From Alphaproteobacteria bacterium (GTDB lineage Bacteria; Pseudomonadota; Alphaproteobacteria; CALKHQ01): a stretch of DNA of 64,000 bases. Below, one piece after another: positions 20,073-28,781 of this stretch; the first letter of the stretch is position 1, and each line of letters opens with the position of its first letter. The stretch covers positions 576,001 through 640,000 of the forward strand of contig CBDDFZ010000001.1 in assembly GCA_965227515.1 (NCBI GenBank). The letters run 5' to 3'. The notes below the pieces were generated by a model. It did no database searches. It was given only the letters and a program-made list of their open reading frames with translations, and was not told the origin of the DNA. The position numbers and the translations under genes were made by a program.

Positions 20073-20630
20073 TCAGCCTTTCACCAGGTTCAGCAGCGAC
20101 GGGCGGTAGTGCGCCACCGGCGGCACGCCCGTATCCGGCACCTTGGCCAGGTCGTCGCAACGGCGCAGCAGCACCGCGTCCTCGGCAAAGGGCCGCGCCA
20201 TGAAGGCATCCATCGCCGCCGCGTCCATCGGGCCGCCCTGCAGCTCCAGGCTCAGCACCGATGCCGGCGACAGCCCGTCGAAATAGGTGGCGTCGGCAGC
20301 GCACAGATAGCGCTTGGCATCGACATGCAGGCGGATCGGCTCGGTCATTTCCGGCCCGAACCAGCGCGCCAGATAATCGGCGGCGACGTGCTCGTGCTCG
20401 CCGTCGATGCCGTTGGCGGCAGTGGTTTCGTCCTCATGGCCCATGAGGTGGCCGATGTCGTGCAACAGGCCGGCGGCAACCAGCGCGTCCCGCCCGGGCA
20501 CCTGTTCGGCGAGGTGTGCCGCCGTCTGCAGCATGTGCTCGGCCTGGGTCACCGGCTCGGAGAAATAGGCATTGCCACCGCCGTCCCGCAGCAGGACCAG
20601 CAGCGTGTCGACGATCGGATTTCCGGCCAT
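20073..20630 (-). CDS. HD-domain diiron oxygenase, PhnZ/TmpB-like
   Basis: YFSEPVTQAEH.LQ, LLHDIGH, HE, LHVDAKRYL, LS.AS..SL..QGG, LR..DD.AK. Confidence 0.85.
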   Translation of the reverse strand: MAGNPIVDTLLVLLRDGGGNAYFSEPVTQAEHMLQTAAHLAEQVPGRDALVAAGLLHDIGHLMGHEDETTAANGIDGEHEHVAADYLARWFGPEMTEPIRLHVDAKRYLCAADATYFDGLSPASVLSLELQGGPMDAAAMDAFMARPFAEDAVLLRRCDDLAKVPDTGVPPVAHYRPSLLNLVKG

Positions 20631-20631
20631 C

Positions 20632-22290
20632 TCAGAACAGCTCCCCTTGCTGTCTTGCCGGTTTGTCGGCTGGGGACTTGCTGGCCGTTTGCTTCTTTGC
20701 CGTTTGTATCTTAGCCGGGGCCTTGCCCGCCGGGGCACCTGACACAACCGCCGGCACCTCGGCATCGGGTCCGTCGGCGAATTCGATCCGCACCTCGTCG
20801 CCCGCGCGCAGCACACCGGCCCGGGTCACCGGTTTGCGCGCGGCATCGCGGACCACGGCGAAGCCGCGCGCCAGCACCGCGCGATAGGACAGGCTCTCCA
20901 GCGTGCGGCCCTGGGCAGACAGGTCGCGCCGGCGGCTTTCCAGCCCGCGCGCCACCGCCGCCGCCATCCGCGCCTCGAGGTCGGGGAGCTGACGGCGATA
21001 CTGCCGCGCCTGTACCGCCAGCCGGTCGGGCGACAGCCGCGACGCCACATTGCCGAGCCGGCGGTCAGCCCGGCCGAGAGCGCGCTCATAGGCGGCAGCC
21101 AGGCGCTGGCTTGCCAGCCCCAGGGTCGCGCGCTGCGCCGCCACCCGCTCGCGCGGGCTGGTCAGGCGGCCGGACGCGATCTCCAGGCGATGGCGGGCGG
21201 CGCGCAACGCTGCGGCGGCATCCTTGCGGGTCGCCTCCCAGCGGTCGTCGAGCCGCTGCCATGCCGCTTGCAACAGGCGCTCCGGCTCGGGCAAGCCACG
21301 GGCGAGCCCGGTCAGATAGTTGCGCCGCTCGGCCATCAGCCGGGTCAGACCGCGACGCAGACGGGCCTCGTCCTCGCCGACGCGGGCGGCCAGGTCGGCG
21401 CGCACCGGCACCGCCATCTCGGCGGCGGCGGTCGGCGTCGGCGCGCGCACGTCGGCGGCGAAGTCGATCAGCGTGGTGTCGGTCTCGTGGCCGACGGCGG
21501 AGATCAGCGGAATGGCGGAGGCCGCCGCTGCCCGCACCACCTCCTCCTCGTTGAAGGCCCACAGATCCTCCAGCGAGCCGCCACCGCGCGCGACGATGAT
21601 CAGGTCCGGGCGCGGCGGGTCGCCATCTTCGGCCAGCGCGTTGAAGCCGGCGATGGCGGCGGCCACCTGGCCAGCGGCGGCTTCGCCCTGCACCACAACG
21701 GGCCACACCAGCACCGGGCGCGGAAAGCGGTCGGCCAGCCGGTGCAGGATGTCGCGGATCACCGCCCCGGTGGGCGAGGTGACGACGCCAATCACCTCGG
21801 GCAGGAACGGCAGCGCCTGCTTGCGCTCGGCATCGAACAGACCCTCTTCGGCCAGCTTGCGGCGGCGCTCCTCCAACAGCTTCAGCAGCGCGCCTTCGCC
21901 GGCCATCTCCATGCTGTCGATGACGATCTGGTAGGTCGAGCGCCCGGCATAGGTGGTCAGCCGGCCGGTGACCACGACCTCCAGCCCCTCTTCCGGCCGC
22001 ACGCCGAGACGTCCCACGGTGCCGCGCCAGACGACCCCGTCCAGCACCGCCTTGTCGTCCTTCAGCTTCAAATAGCAGTGGCCGGAGGCGGGGAAGCTCG
22101 GCCGCGAGATCTCGCCGCGCACGCGCACATGGCCGAACTCGCCCTCGATGGTCTGCTTCAGCGCCCGCGACAGGTCGCTGACCGACTGCACCGGGACGTT
22201 GCCCAGCGGATCGGGGCCTTCAGTATTCAGGTCCGGCTCGCCGGGCGCGCCCGGCGGAAAGCGAGAATCGAATTTGCCACCGCTCATCAT
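20632..22290 (-). CDS. xseA: Exodeoxyribonuclease VII large subunit
   Basis: GEIS..SGHCY..LKD, VTSPTGAVIRD, ARGGGSLEDLW.FN, AVGHETD, APTPTAAAE. Confidence 0.98.
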   Translation of the reverse strand: MMSGGKFDSRFPPGAPGEPDLNTEGPDPLGNVPVQSVSDLSRALKQTIEGEFGHVRVRGEISRPSFPASGHCYLKLKDDKAVLDGVVWRGTVGRLGVRPEEGLEVVVTGRLTTYAGRSTYQIVIDSMEMAGEGALLKLLEERRRKLAEEGLFDAERKQALPFLPEVIGVVTSPTGAVIRDILHRLADRFPRPVLVWPVVVQGEAAAGQVAAAIAGFNALAEDGDPPRPDLIIVARGGGSLEDLWAFNEEEVVRAAAASAIPLISAVGHETDTTLIDFAADVRAPTPTAAAEMAVPVRADLAARVGEDEARLRRGLTRLMAERRNYLTGLARGLPEPERLLQAAWQRLDDRWEATRKDAAAALRAARHRLEIASGRLTSPRERVAAQRATLGLASQRLAAAYERALGRADRRLGNVASRLSPDRLAVQARQYRRQLPDLEARMAAAVARGLESRRRDLSAQGRTLESLSYRAVLARGFAVVRDAARKPVTRAGVLRAGDEVRIEFADGPDAEVPAVVSGAPAGKAPAKIQTAKKQTASKSPADKPARQQGELF

Positions 22291-22339
22291 GGGCTACTAT
22301 CTACGCCAACCATGACAGTTTTCGAAGCGGGGAGCGCAC

Positions 22340-23617
22340 ATGCGGGTTCTGGTGGTGGGGTCAGGCGGGCGCGAGCACGCGATCTGCGCGAAACTGGCGC
22401 GCGATGCCGGCATCTCGGCGGTGTGGTGCGCGCCGGGCAGCGCCGGCATCGCCCAGGACGCGACCTGCGTGGACGTCGCCGTCACCGACCTTGACGGGCT
22501 GGTCGAGGCCGCGCGGGCGCAGGCCGTCGACATCGTCGTTGTCGGGCCGGAGGCACCGCTGGTGGCGGGGCTGGTCGACCGTCTGGACGCGGCGGGCATC
22601 CCGGTGCTGGGGCCGACCGCGGCCGCCGCGCAACTGGAAGGCTCCAAGGCCTTCACCAAGGATTTGTGCGCGCGGGTCGGCATCCCCACCGCCGCCTATG
22701 GCCGCTTCTCCGAGCCGGCAGGCGCCAAGGCGTTCGCCGAGGATCTGGGCGCACCTCTGGTGGTGAAGGCGGACGGGCTTGCCGCCGGCAAGGGCGTCGT
22801 CATCGCCGAGACCATGGCCGCCGCCCATGATGCCATCGACGGCATGCTGACGGCAGGGCGGTTCGGCGACGCCGGCGCCGAGATCGTGGTCGAGGCGTTC
22901 CTGGAGGGCGAGGAGATCAGCCTGTTCGCGCTGAGCGACGGTGCCGCCGTGGTGCCGTTCGGCTCGGCCCAGGACCACAAGCGCGCATTCGATGGCGACC
23001 AGGGCCCCAACACCGGCGGCATGGGCGCCTATGGGCCGGCGCCGCGCATGGACGACACCCTGACCGCCGAGGTCATGCACCGCATCATTCACCCCACGGT
23101 GGCGGAGATGGCGCGGATGGGCATGCCGTTCCGCGGCTTCCTGTTCGCTGGCCTCATCCTGACCGACCACGGGCCGCAATTGCTGGAATACAACGTGCGC
23201 CTGGGCGACCCGGAGGCGCAGGTGGTGCTGGGCCTGCTCAACACCGACATGGCCGACATCCTGGGCGCGGTCGCCAAGGGCTCCATCGCCGACCTCAGGC
23301 TGGACTGGGCCGACGAGGTCGGGCTCAGCGTGGTGATGGCGACCAACGGCTATCCCGGCGCCTATGTCCGCGGCAGCGAGATCGCGGGGGTCGAGGACGC
23401 CGCCGCCCGGCCGGGGGTGCGCATCTATCACGCCGGCACGTCGGGCGGCCCCGGCGCCTGGCGCGCCAATGGCGGCCGGGTGCTGAACGTGGTCGGCACC
23501 GGGCCGGACTTCGCCACCGCGCGCGAACGGGCCTATGGCGCGGTCGACGCCATCGACTGGCCGGACGGCTTCTGCCGCCGCGACATCGGCTGGCGGGTGG
23601 TGGGAGCAGGCGGTTAG
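22340..23617 (+). CDS. purD: Phosphoribosylamine--glycine ligase
   Basis: [47 protein letters not shown]. Confidence 0.98.
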   Translation: MRVLVVGSGGREHAICAKLARDAGISAVWCAPGSAGIAQDATCVDVAVTDLDGLVEAARAQAVDIVVVGPEAPLVAGLVDRLDAAGIPVLGPTAAAAQLEGSKAFTKDLCARVGIPTAAYGRFSEPAGAKAFAEDLGAPLVVKADGLAAGKGVVIAETMAAAHDAIDGMLTAGRFGDAGAEIVVEAFLEGEEISLFALSDGAAVVPFGSAQDHKRAFDGDQGPNTGGMGAYGPAPRMDDTLTAEVMHRIIHPTVAEMARMGMPFRGFLFAGLILTDHGPQLLEYNVRLGDPEAQVVLGLLNTDMADILGAVAKGSIADLRLDWADEVGLSVVMATNGYPGAYVRGSEIAGVEDAAARPGVRIYHAGTSGGPGAWRANGGRVLNVVGTGPDFATARERAYGAVDAIDWPDGFCRRDIGWRVVGAGG

Positions 23618-23650
23618 CGCGCTCTGGGCGGCGTAGTTATCGCGATTGCC

Positions 23651-23791
23651 CCCTCACCCTCCCAAACCTATCGGTTCGGGCCCCTCCCTCTCCCACGGGG
23701 AGAGGGGACCCGCCGGCGCGCCTTCAACCCCTCTCCCGCATCGTGGGAGAGGGAGGGGCCCGGCCGGCGGAGCCGGACGGGAGGGTGAGGG
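23651..23791. repeat. CCCTCACCC/CCCTCTCCC mosaic palindromic element, family B, copy 1
   Basis: Terminal inverted repeat CCCTCACCCTCCC...GGGAGGGTGAGGG with two internal CCCTCTCCC-loop-GGGAGAGGG hairpins. Confidence 0.88.
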
Positions 23792-23821
23792 CCGGCGCAA
23801 GACCTTGCTGGCAGGCCGCAC

Positions 23822-23850
23822 AAAAAATCCCCGGCACCGAGGCGCCGGGG
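23822..23850 (-). terminator. Rho-independent terminator of the 23926-24942 gene
   Basis: Minus strand CCCCGGCGCC-TC-GGTGCCGGGG followed by ATTTTTT. Confidence 0.8.
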
Positions 23851-23925
23851 TGAGTCAGTCACGTGATGGGAGCAGATCTCCTCCACGCCGCCGGAATGGC
23901 GGCGCGCCGGAGGTGTGAGCCTCGC

Positions 23926-24942
23926 CTATCTGGCGAGGTGGAGGCGCACCGCCTGGACGGTGAAGTTCCCCGCCAGGTTGAGCGCCAACTCAGGTGTGTC
24001 GGAGCCGACCTTCAGGCCCGACCACAAATCCAATCGATAGGCGGCGGTGTTGACGCCGACGCGTGCCGCGTTGCTGGCCGTGCTGCCGCCGACCAGCAGG
24101 CTGGCCTGGCCGAAGCCATGGGCGGTGCGGCCGAACAGGGTGACCGCCTCGATATTGCAGCCCTGGAACGCCGCCAGGTTGAACAGGTCGTTCAGGCGGA
24201 TGCGCTGGCCGCTCACCTGCACATTCACCTGCCGCTCCAGCACCTGGCAGTTCGGCTGCGGCTGCGGGTTCCAGCCGGGGTTCCATCCCGGGTGGCCGCC
24301 GCCTTGACCGCCACCCTGGCCATTCGCCGGCGCGAGCTCGATGCTGATGCGGGTGATCTGCACGCGGCCGTTGACGTTCAGGCGCATGCGGTTGAAGTCG
24401 TCGCCGATCTCGGCGTTGCCGCCCGGGTCCAGCACCACCCGGCTGGTGTTGCGGGCGAACGCCTGGTCCGCCAACTTGTCGTCCAGCAGCAGGGCCAGCG
24501 TGCCCCATGTCGCATAGGGCGTGGTCTCGATGATCACGCTGCGCACGGTGCGGCCGCGATAGGCGGGGCCAAGATTGGCGATCTGGCGCAGGCCGATGGT
24601 CTCGTTGGCGACCAGGCGGTTGACCGGGACGGCGATCACCTGCGAGGGGCCGCCATTGCCCCAGTTGCCATTACCCCAGTTGCCATTACCGGGATGGTTG
24701 CCCCAGTTGCCGTTGTTCCAGTTTCCGTTGTTGCCGTTGCCCCAGCCGTTGTTGCCCCAACCATTGTTGCCGGCATGGCCGTTGTTCCAGCCGCCGCCAT
24801 TGCCCCCGCCATTCCCCCAGGCGATTTGAGGCGGTGCACTCAACGCTGGCGCGTCGTCCTGCCCGGAATAAAGGGGCGCCGCCATGGCCTGGCCGGCCAA
24901 TGCCAGCAGGCCGAGGCCCGCGATTGCCGTCTTGACGATCAT
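23926..24942 (-). CDS. Secreted protein with Gly/Asn/Trp low-complexity repeats and two duplicated beta-rich domains
   Basis: GGAG RBS, signal peptide MIVKTAIAGLGLLALAGQAMA, GNNGW/GNW repeats, two ~100-aa similar domains, own terminator. Confidence 0.82.
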   Translation of the reverse strand: MIVKTAIAGLGLLALAGQAMAAPLYSGQDDAPALSAPPQIAWGNGGGNGGGWNNGHAGNNGWGNNGWGNGNNGNWNNGNWGNHPGNGNWGNGNWGNGGPSQVIAVPVNRLVANETIGLRQIANLGPAYRGRTVRSVIIETTPYATWGTLALLLDDKLADQAFARNTSRVVLDPGGNAEIGDDFNRMRLNVNGRVQITRISIELAPANGQGGGQGGGHPGWNPGWNPQPQPNCQVLERQVNVQVSGQRIRLNDLFNLAAFQGCNIEAVTLFGRTAHGFGQASLLVGGSTASNAARVGVNTAAYRLDLWSGLKVGSDTPELALNLAGNFTVQAVRLHLAR

Positions 24943-25150
24943 GTCCCGCTCCTGGTTGCTTGATCGCATGGTCCAGAGTCTTTCGAACCGCGGCTGTCGT
25001 TCTGTGCACCGCGTGCGTCCGATGAGCGGAATATGGCGCCGCGCCGCATTGCGGCTGTATGGCCCGGGCGTTATTTGTTTGTTGGAAGCCTTAAAAGGAA
25101 ATAACAGGCGCGCTATTCCAATTTACCGGCGCGCAGGCCATGTCTTCGGC

Positions 25151-25438
25151 ATGATGATCAGGAAAGATTGCATCAGCGCGGCCGCCATTGCATTGGCTCT
25201 ACTGTCGGCGAGTGTGCCCGCAGGCGCGCAAAACGGTTCCGCCCCCGACCTGCTGTCGATTCTCTCGCAATTGCAGCAGAACCCGGCCTATGCCGGCCAG
25301 ATCGTCGGCACCCAGGCCTATCGCCCCGACCCCCAGTCCGACCGCGTGCTCTACCAGGTGCGCATCCTGCGGCCGGACGACCAGATCATCGTGATCTACA
25401 TCGATCCGGCGACCGGTCAGGTGGTGAACCCAAATTGA
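25151..25438 (+). CDS. Small periplasmic PepSY-like protein
   Basis: Signal peptide and C-terminal YQVRIL..DDQI..IYIDPATGQV PepSY pattern. Precedes an RR/HK pair. Confidence 0.8.
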   Translation: MMIRKDCISAAAIALALLSASVPAGAQNGSAPDLLSILSQLQQNPAYAGQIVGTQAYRPDPQSDRVLYQVRILRPDDQIIVIYIDPATGQVVNPN

Positions 25439-25491
25439 AGTAACCTTCTCCAAATTGCGCTAGCATGACGCCAGCGATGTAGGGAGGCGTC

Positions 25492-26178
25492 ATGCGCGTG
25501 CTGCTGGTGGAAGACGATGCCGATCTGGCCGACCAGATCGCCAATGTGCTGCGCGGCGAGCATTTCGCCGTCGACATGGTCGGCGACGGCATCGCCGCGG
25601 CGGAAATGGGCGTCGCCGAGCCCTATGACGCGGTGATCCTGGACCCCGGCCTGCCCGGCATGGACGGCATCAGCGTGCTGCGGCGCTGGCGCGAGAAGGG
25701 CCTGACCATGCCGGTCATCGTGCTGACCGCCTCACGCAAGGAAGTCTCCGACATGAAGGAGGCGGTGCGCGCCGGCGCGACCAACTACCTGACCAAACCC
25801 ATCGACATGGAGCTGCTGCTGGACTGGCTGCGCGGCGTGGTCAATTCCGCCGGCCCCAACACCTCGCCCGCCGTGCTGACCGCCGGGCGGATCAAGATCG
25901 ACACCCAGTCGCTGCGCGTGTTCCTGGACGGCGCGCCGGTCAAGATCACGCCGACCGAATACCGCATCCTGCACTACATGGTGGTCAACCGGGAGCGGCC
26001 GGTGTCGGCCGAGGAGCTAGTCAAGCATAATTTCGATGGCGAAACGAGCAAGACCACGGCTGAGATTCCGGTCTATATCAGCCGCCTGCGCGACAAGCTC
26101 GACCGGCGCTTGATCCAGACCGAGTACGGCTTCGGCTATCGCCTGGTCTGCGACGACGACGCGGCACCGGCGGCCTAG
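25492..26178 (+). CDS. OmpR/PhoP-family response regulator (FeuP-like)
   Basis: LLVEDD, ILDPGLPGMDG, YLTKP, winged-helix YISRLRDKL..IQT..GFGY. GGGAGG RBS. Confidence 0.95.
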   Translation: MRVLLVEDDADLADQIANVLRGEHFAVDMVGDGIAAAEMGVAEPYDAVILDPGLPGMDGISVLRRWREKGLTMPVIVLTASRKEVSDMKEAVRAGATNYLTKPIDMELLLDWLRGVVNSAGPNTSPAVLTAGRIKIDTQSLRVFLDGAPVKITPTEYRILHYMVVNRERPVSAEELVKHNFDGETSKTTAEIPVYISRLRDKLDRRLIQTEYGFGYRLVCDDDAAPAA

Positions 26179-26228
26179 CGCCGCGCGGCCGGCCAGCGCC
26201 CCCTCCAAACTCACGCACCCGAACGGCC

Positions 26229-27620
26229 ATGCGTCTCAGGCTGCCGCCAACGCTGATCGGCCGGGTCACCACGGTCGCCGTCACCCTGTCGGTGCTGGCG
26301 GTGCCGATCATCTGGGTCTCCGCCGACATCATGCTGCGGATCTTCGCCGAGGGCGTGGTCGACAGCCAGCTCCGCACTTTCGGCCAGCAGTTGCGGGGCG
26401 CCCGCGCCGCCGCCCAGGGCACCGGCGACTTCGCCTTCATCGAGCCCGACCTGCAATGGGTCTGGCAGATTAGCGTCGACGGCGCGGTCGAGCACCGCTC
26501 GATCGCGCTCGCCATCCCGGATGTAGAGCTGCCGGGGCCGGAAAGCGACGGGCCGACCCGCAGTTTCGAGGTCGACTTCGAGGACACGGCCATCGGGCGC
26601 TTGCGGCTGGCCACCCGCACCGCGCTCGAGTCGGAGGGCGAGGGGGCATTCACGCCGGTGACCTACACCGTCGGCATCAGTTCCGAGCGCTATCAGGGAC
26701 TGGTTGATGTCTACGTCGACGACCTGTCGACGCTGGCGCTGGTCGCCACCGTGCCGACCTTCGTGTGCCTGGCCGCCCTGGTGGTGGCGGTGCTGCTGAT
26801 CCTGCGCCTCAGCCTCAACCGGGTGGAGCTGGCGGTCGACCGGTTCCGGCACGGCGCCACCGAGCGCATCGAGGGCCGGTTCCCGACCGAGCTGGCCCGC
26901 CTGATCGCCCAGGTGAACGAGCTTCTGCGCCGCAACGCCCAGATGCTCGACCGCACGCGGCGTTATGTCTCCAAGATCGCGCACGACCTGAACCACCCGA
27001 TCGCGGTGCTGACCAACATGCTGAAGGGCACGCCGCAGCAGGACGACGCGCAGCGGCAGCTGGAACGCATGGGCGGGCTGGTAGAGCGCTACACCACGCT
27101 CGCCCGCGCGGTCGGTCCCGGCGCGCTGACGGTGCGCGAATGCCAGGTGCGGCCCGTTCTGGACGACACCGCCGACAGCTTCCGCCTGCTGTTCCGCCGC
27201 ACACCGCTGGAGATCGCGGTCGACTGCGCCCCGGACCTCGCCTTCCCGGTGGAGACGGCGGACCTTGAGGCGATCCTCTCCAACCTGGTCGGCAACGCGC
27301 ACAAGTACGCAACGGCGCGCGCCCGCATCTCGGCAGCGCGGGACGCCACCGGGCTGACGATTACCGTCGACGACGACGGCCCCGGCATTCCGGCGGCGGC
27401 ACGCAAGACCGCTGTGGCCTGGGGCCGACGGCTGGACGAGGCGCCGCCCGGCTCCGGCTTCGGCCTCACCATCGTGGCCGACCTTGTCGAGCTCTATGGC
27501 GGCAGCTTCGCGCTGGATGAATCGCCCATGGGCGGGCTTCGCGCCGAAATCACCCTGCCTGGCCCGTCCGGTGCGGCGTTGGAAGCGGAACAGCCGGACG
27601 GCATGCCTGGCCGCGCATAG
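26229..27620 (+). CDS. Sensor histidine kinase (FeuQ/PhoQ-like)
   Basis: Two TM segments, FPTEL HAMP-like region, AHDLNHP H-box, NAHKYA, DDGPG, GSGFGL. Confidence 0.93.
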   Translation: MRLRLPPTLIGRVTTVAVTLSVLAVPIIWVSADIMLRIFAEGVVDSQLRTFGQQLRGARAAAQGTGDFAFIEPDLQWVWQISVDGAVEHRSIALAIPDVELPGPESDGPTRSFEVDFEDTAIGRLRLATRTALESEGEGAFTPVTYTVGISSERYQGLVDVYVDDLSTLALVATVPTFVCLAALVVAVLLILRLSLNRVELAVDRFRHGATERIEGRFPTELARLIAQVNELLRRNAQMLDRTRRYVSKIAHDLNHPIAVLTNMLKGTPQQDDAQRQLERMGGLVERYTTLARAVGPGALTVRECQVRPVLDDTADSFRLLFRRTPLEIAVDCAPDLAFPVETADLEAILSNLVGNAHKYATARARISAARDATGLTITVDDDGPGIPAAARKTAVAWGRRLDEAPPGSGFGLTIVADLVELYGGSFALDESPMGGLRAEITLPGPSGAALEAEQPDGMPGRA

Positions 27621-27694
27621 CGCTTGCCTTGGCGGCGCGGCACTGGCACGGTCCGCCGCACGCAATTCCCGGCACCCACCACCGCACGGATTTC

Positions 27695-28696
27695 ATGACA
27701 GAGACCAGCCAACAGGCGAGCCTGGACGTGGTCGGCATCGGCAACGCCATCGTCGACATCCTGTCCCACGCCGAAGAGGACTTCCTGCAGCAGCACGCGC
27801 TGACCAAGGGCGCGATGAACCTGATCGACACCGATTTCGCCGACCGGCTCTATGCCGCCATGGGACCGGCGGTGGAAACCTCCGGCGGGTCGTGCGCCAA
27901 CACCATGGCCGGCGTGGCCTCGTGCGGCGGCAAGGCCGGCTACATCGGCAAGGTGCGCAATGACACCTTCGGCAAGATTTTCACCCATGACATCCGCGCC
28001 ATCGGCGTCGACTTCGACACCACCATGTCGATCGACGGCGCGCCGACGGCCCGCTGCCTGATCCTGGTCACGCCGGACGCCCAGCGCACCATGCACACCT
28101 ATCTGGGGGCCTGCATCGAGCTGGGGCCGGAGGATGTGGATGCCGAGATGGTGCAAAGCGCGGCCATCACCTATCTGGAGGGCTATCTGTGGGACCCGCC
28201 GCGCGCCAAGCAGGCGATGCTGGACTCCGCCAAGATCGCCCATGATGCCGGGCGCACCGTGGCCCTGACCCTTTCCGACCCGTTCTGTGTCGAGCGCCAC
28301 CGCGACAGCTTCCGCGGCCTGATCGACGATCATGTCGACGTGCTGTTCGCCAACGAGGCGGAGGTGATCTCGCTCTACCAGGCGAAGGACTTCGACGAGG
28401 CGGCGCGCGCGGTGCGCGCGCACTGCAAGGTCGCGGCGCTGACCCGCAGCGAGAAGGGATCGGTGGTGGTCTCCGGCGACAACATCGTCGCCGTGCCGGC
28501 CGAGCCCGTCGAGCGGGTGGTCGACACCACCGGCGCCGGCGACCAGTACGCGGCCGGGTTCCTCTATGGGCTGGCGCGCGGCCGGTCGATGGCCGACTGC
28601 GCGCGGATGGGCGGCATCGCCGCCGCCGAGGTGATCGACCATCTCGGCCCGCGACCGGAACGGCCTCTCAGCAAGCTGATGCAGGCGGTCGGGTAG
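27695..28696 (+). CDS. PfkB-family adenosine kinase
   Basis: GNAIVD, GGSCANT, QRTM.TYLGA, LEGYLWD, FANEAE, DTTGAGD. Confidence 0.93.
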   Translation: MTETSQQASLDVVGIGNAIVDILSHAEEDFLQQHALTKGAMNLIDTDFADRLYAAMGPAVETSGGSCANTMAGVASCGGKAGYIGKVRNDTFGKIFTHDIRAIGVDFDTTMSIDGAPTARCLILVTPDAQRTMHTYLGACIELGPEDVDAEMVQSAAITYLEGYLWDPPRAKQAMLDSAKIAHDAGRTVALTLSDPFCVERHRDSFRGLIDDHVDVLFANEAEVISLYQAKDFDEAARAVRAHCKVAALTRSEKGSVVVSGDNIVAVPAEPVERVVDTTGAGDQYAAGFLYGLARGRSMADCARMGGIAAAEVIDHLGPRPERPLSKLMQAVG

Positions 28697-28781
28697 TTCT
28701 GCCGCTGCACCCACGGCGCTCGATTGAATCCCTACACTTGGACGCCTATCGTTGGTCGACTCGGGCACCGGGAGGCATACG

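Noticed and set aside
25091-25105. CtrA-like site TTAAAAGGAAATAAC
   Set aside because: The spacing and second half-site do not fit TTAA-N7-TTAA.
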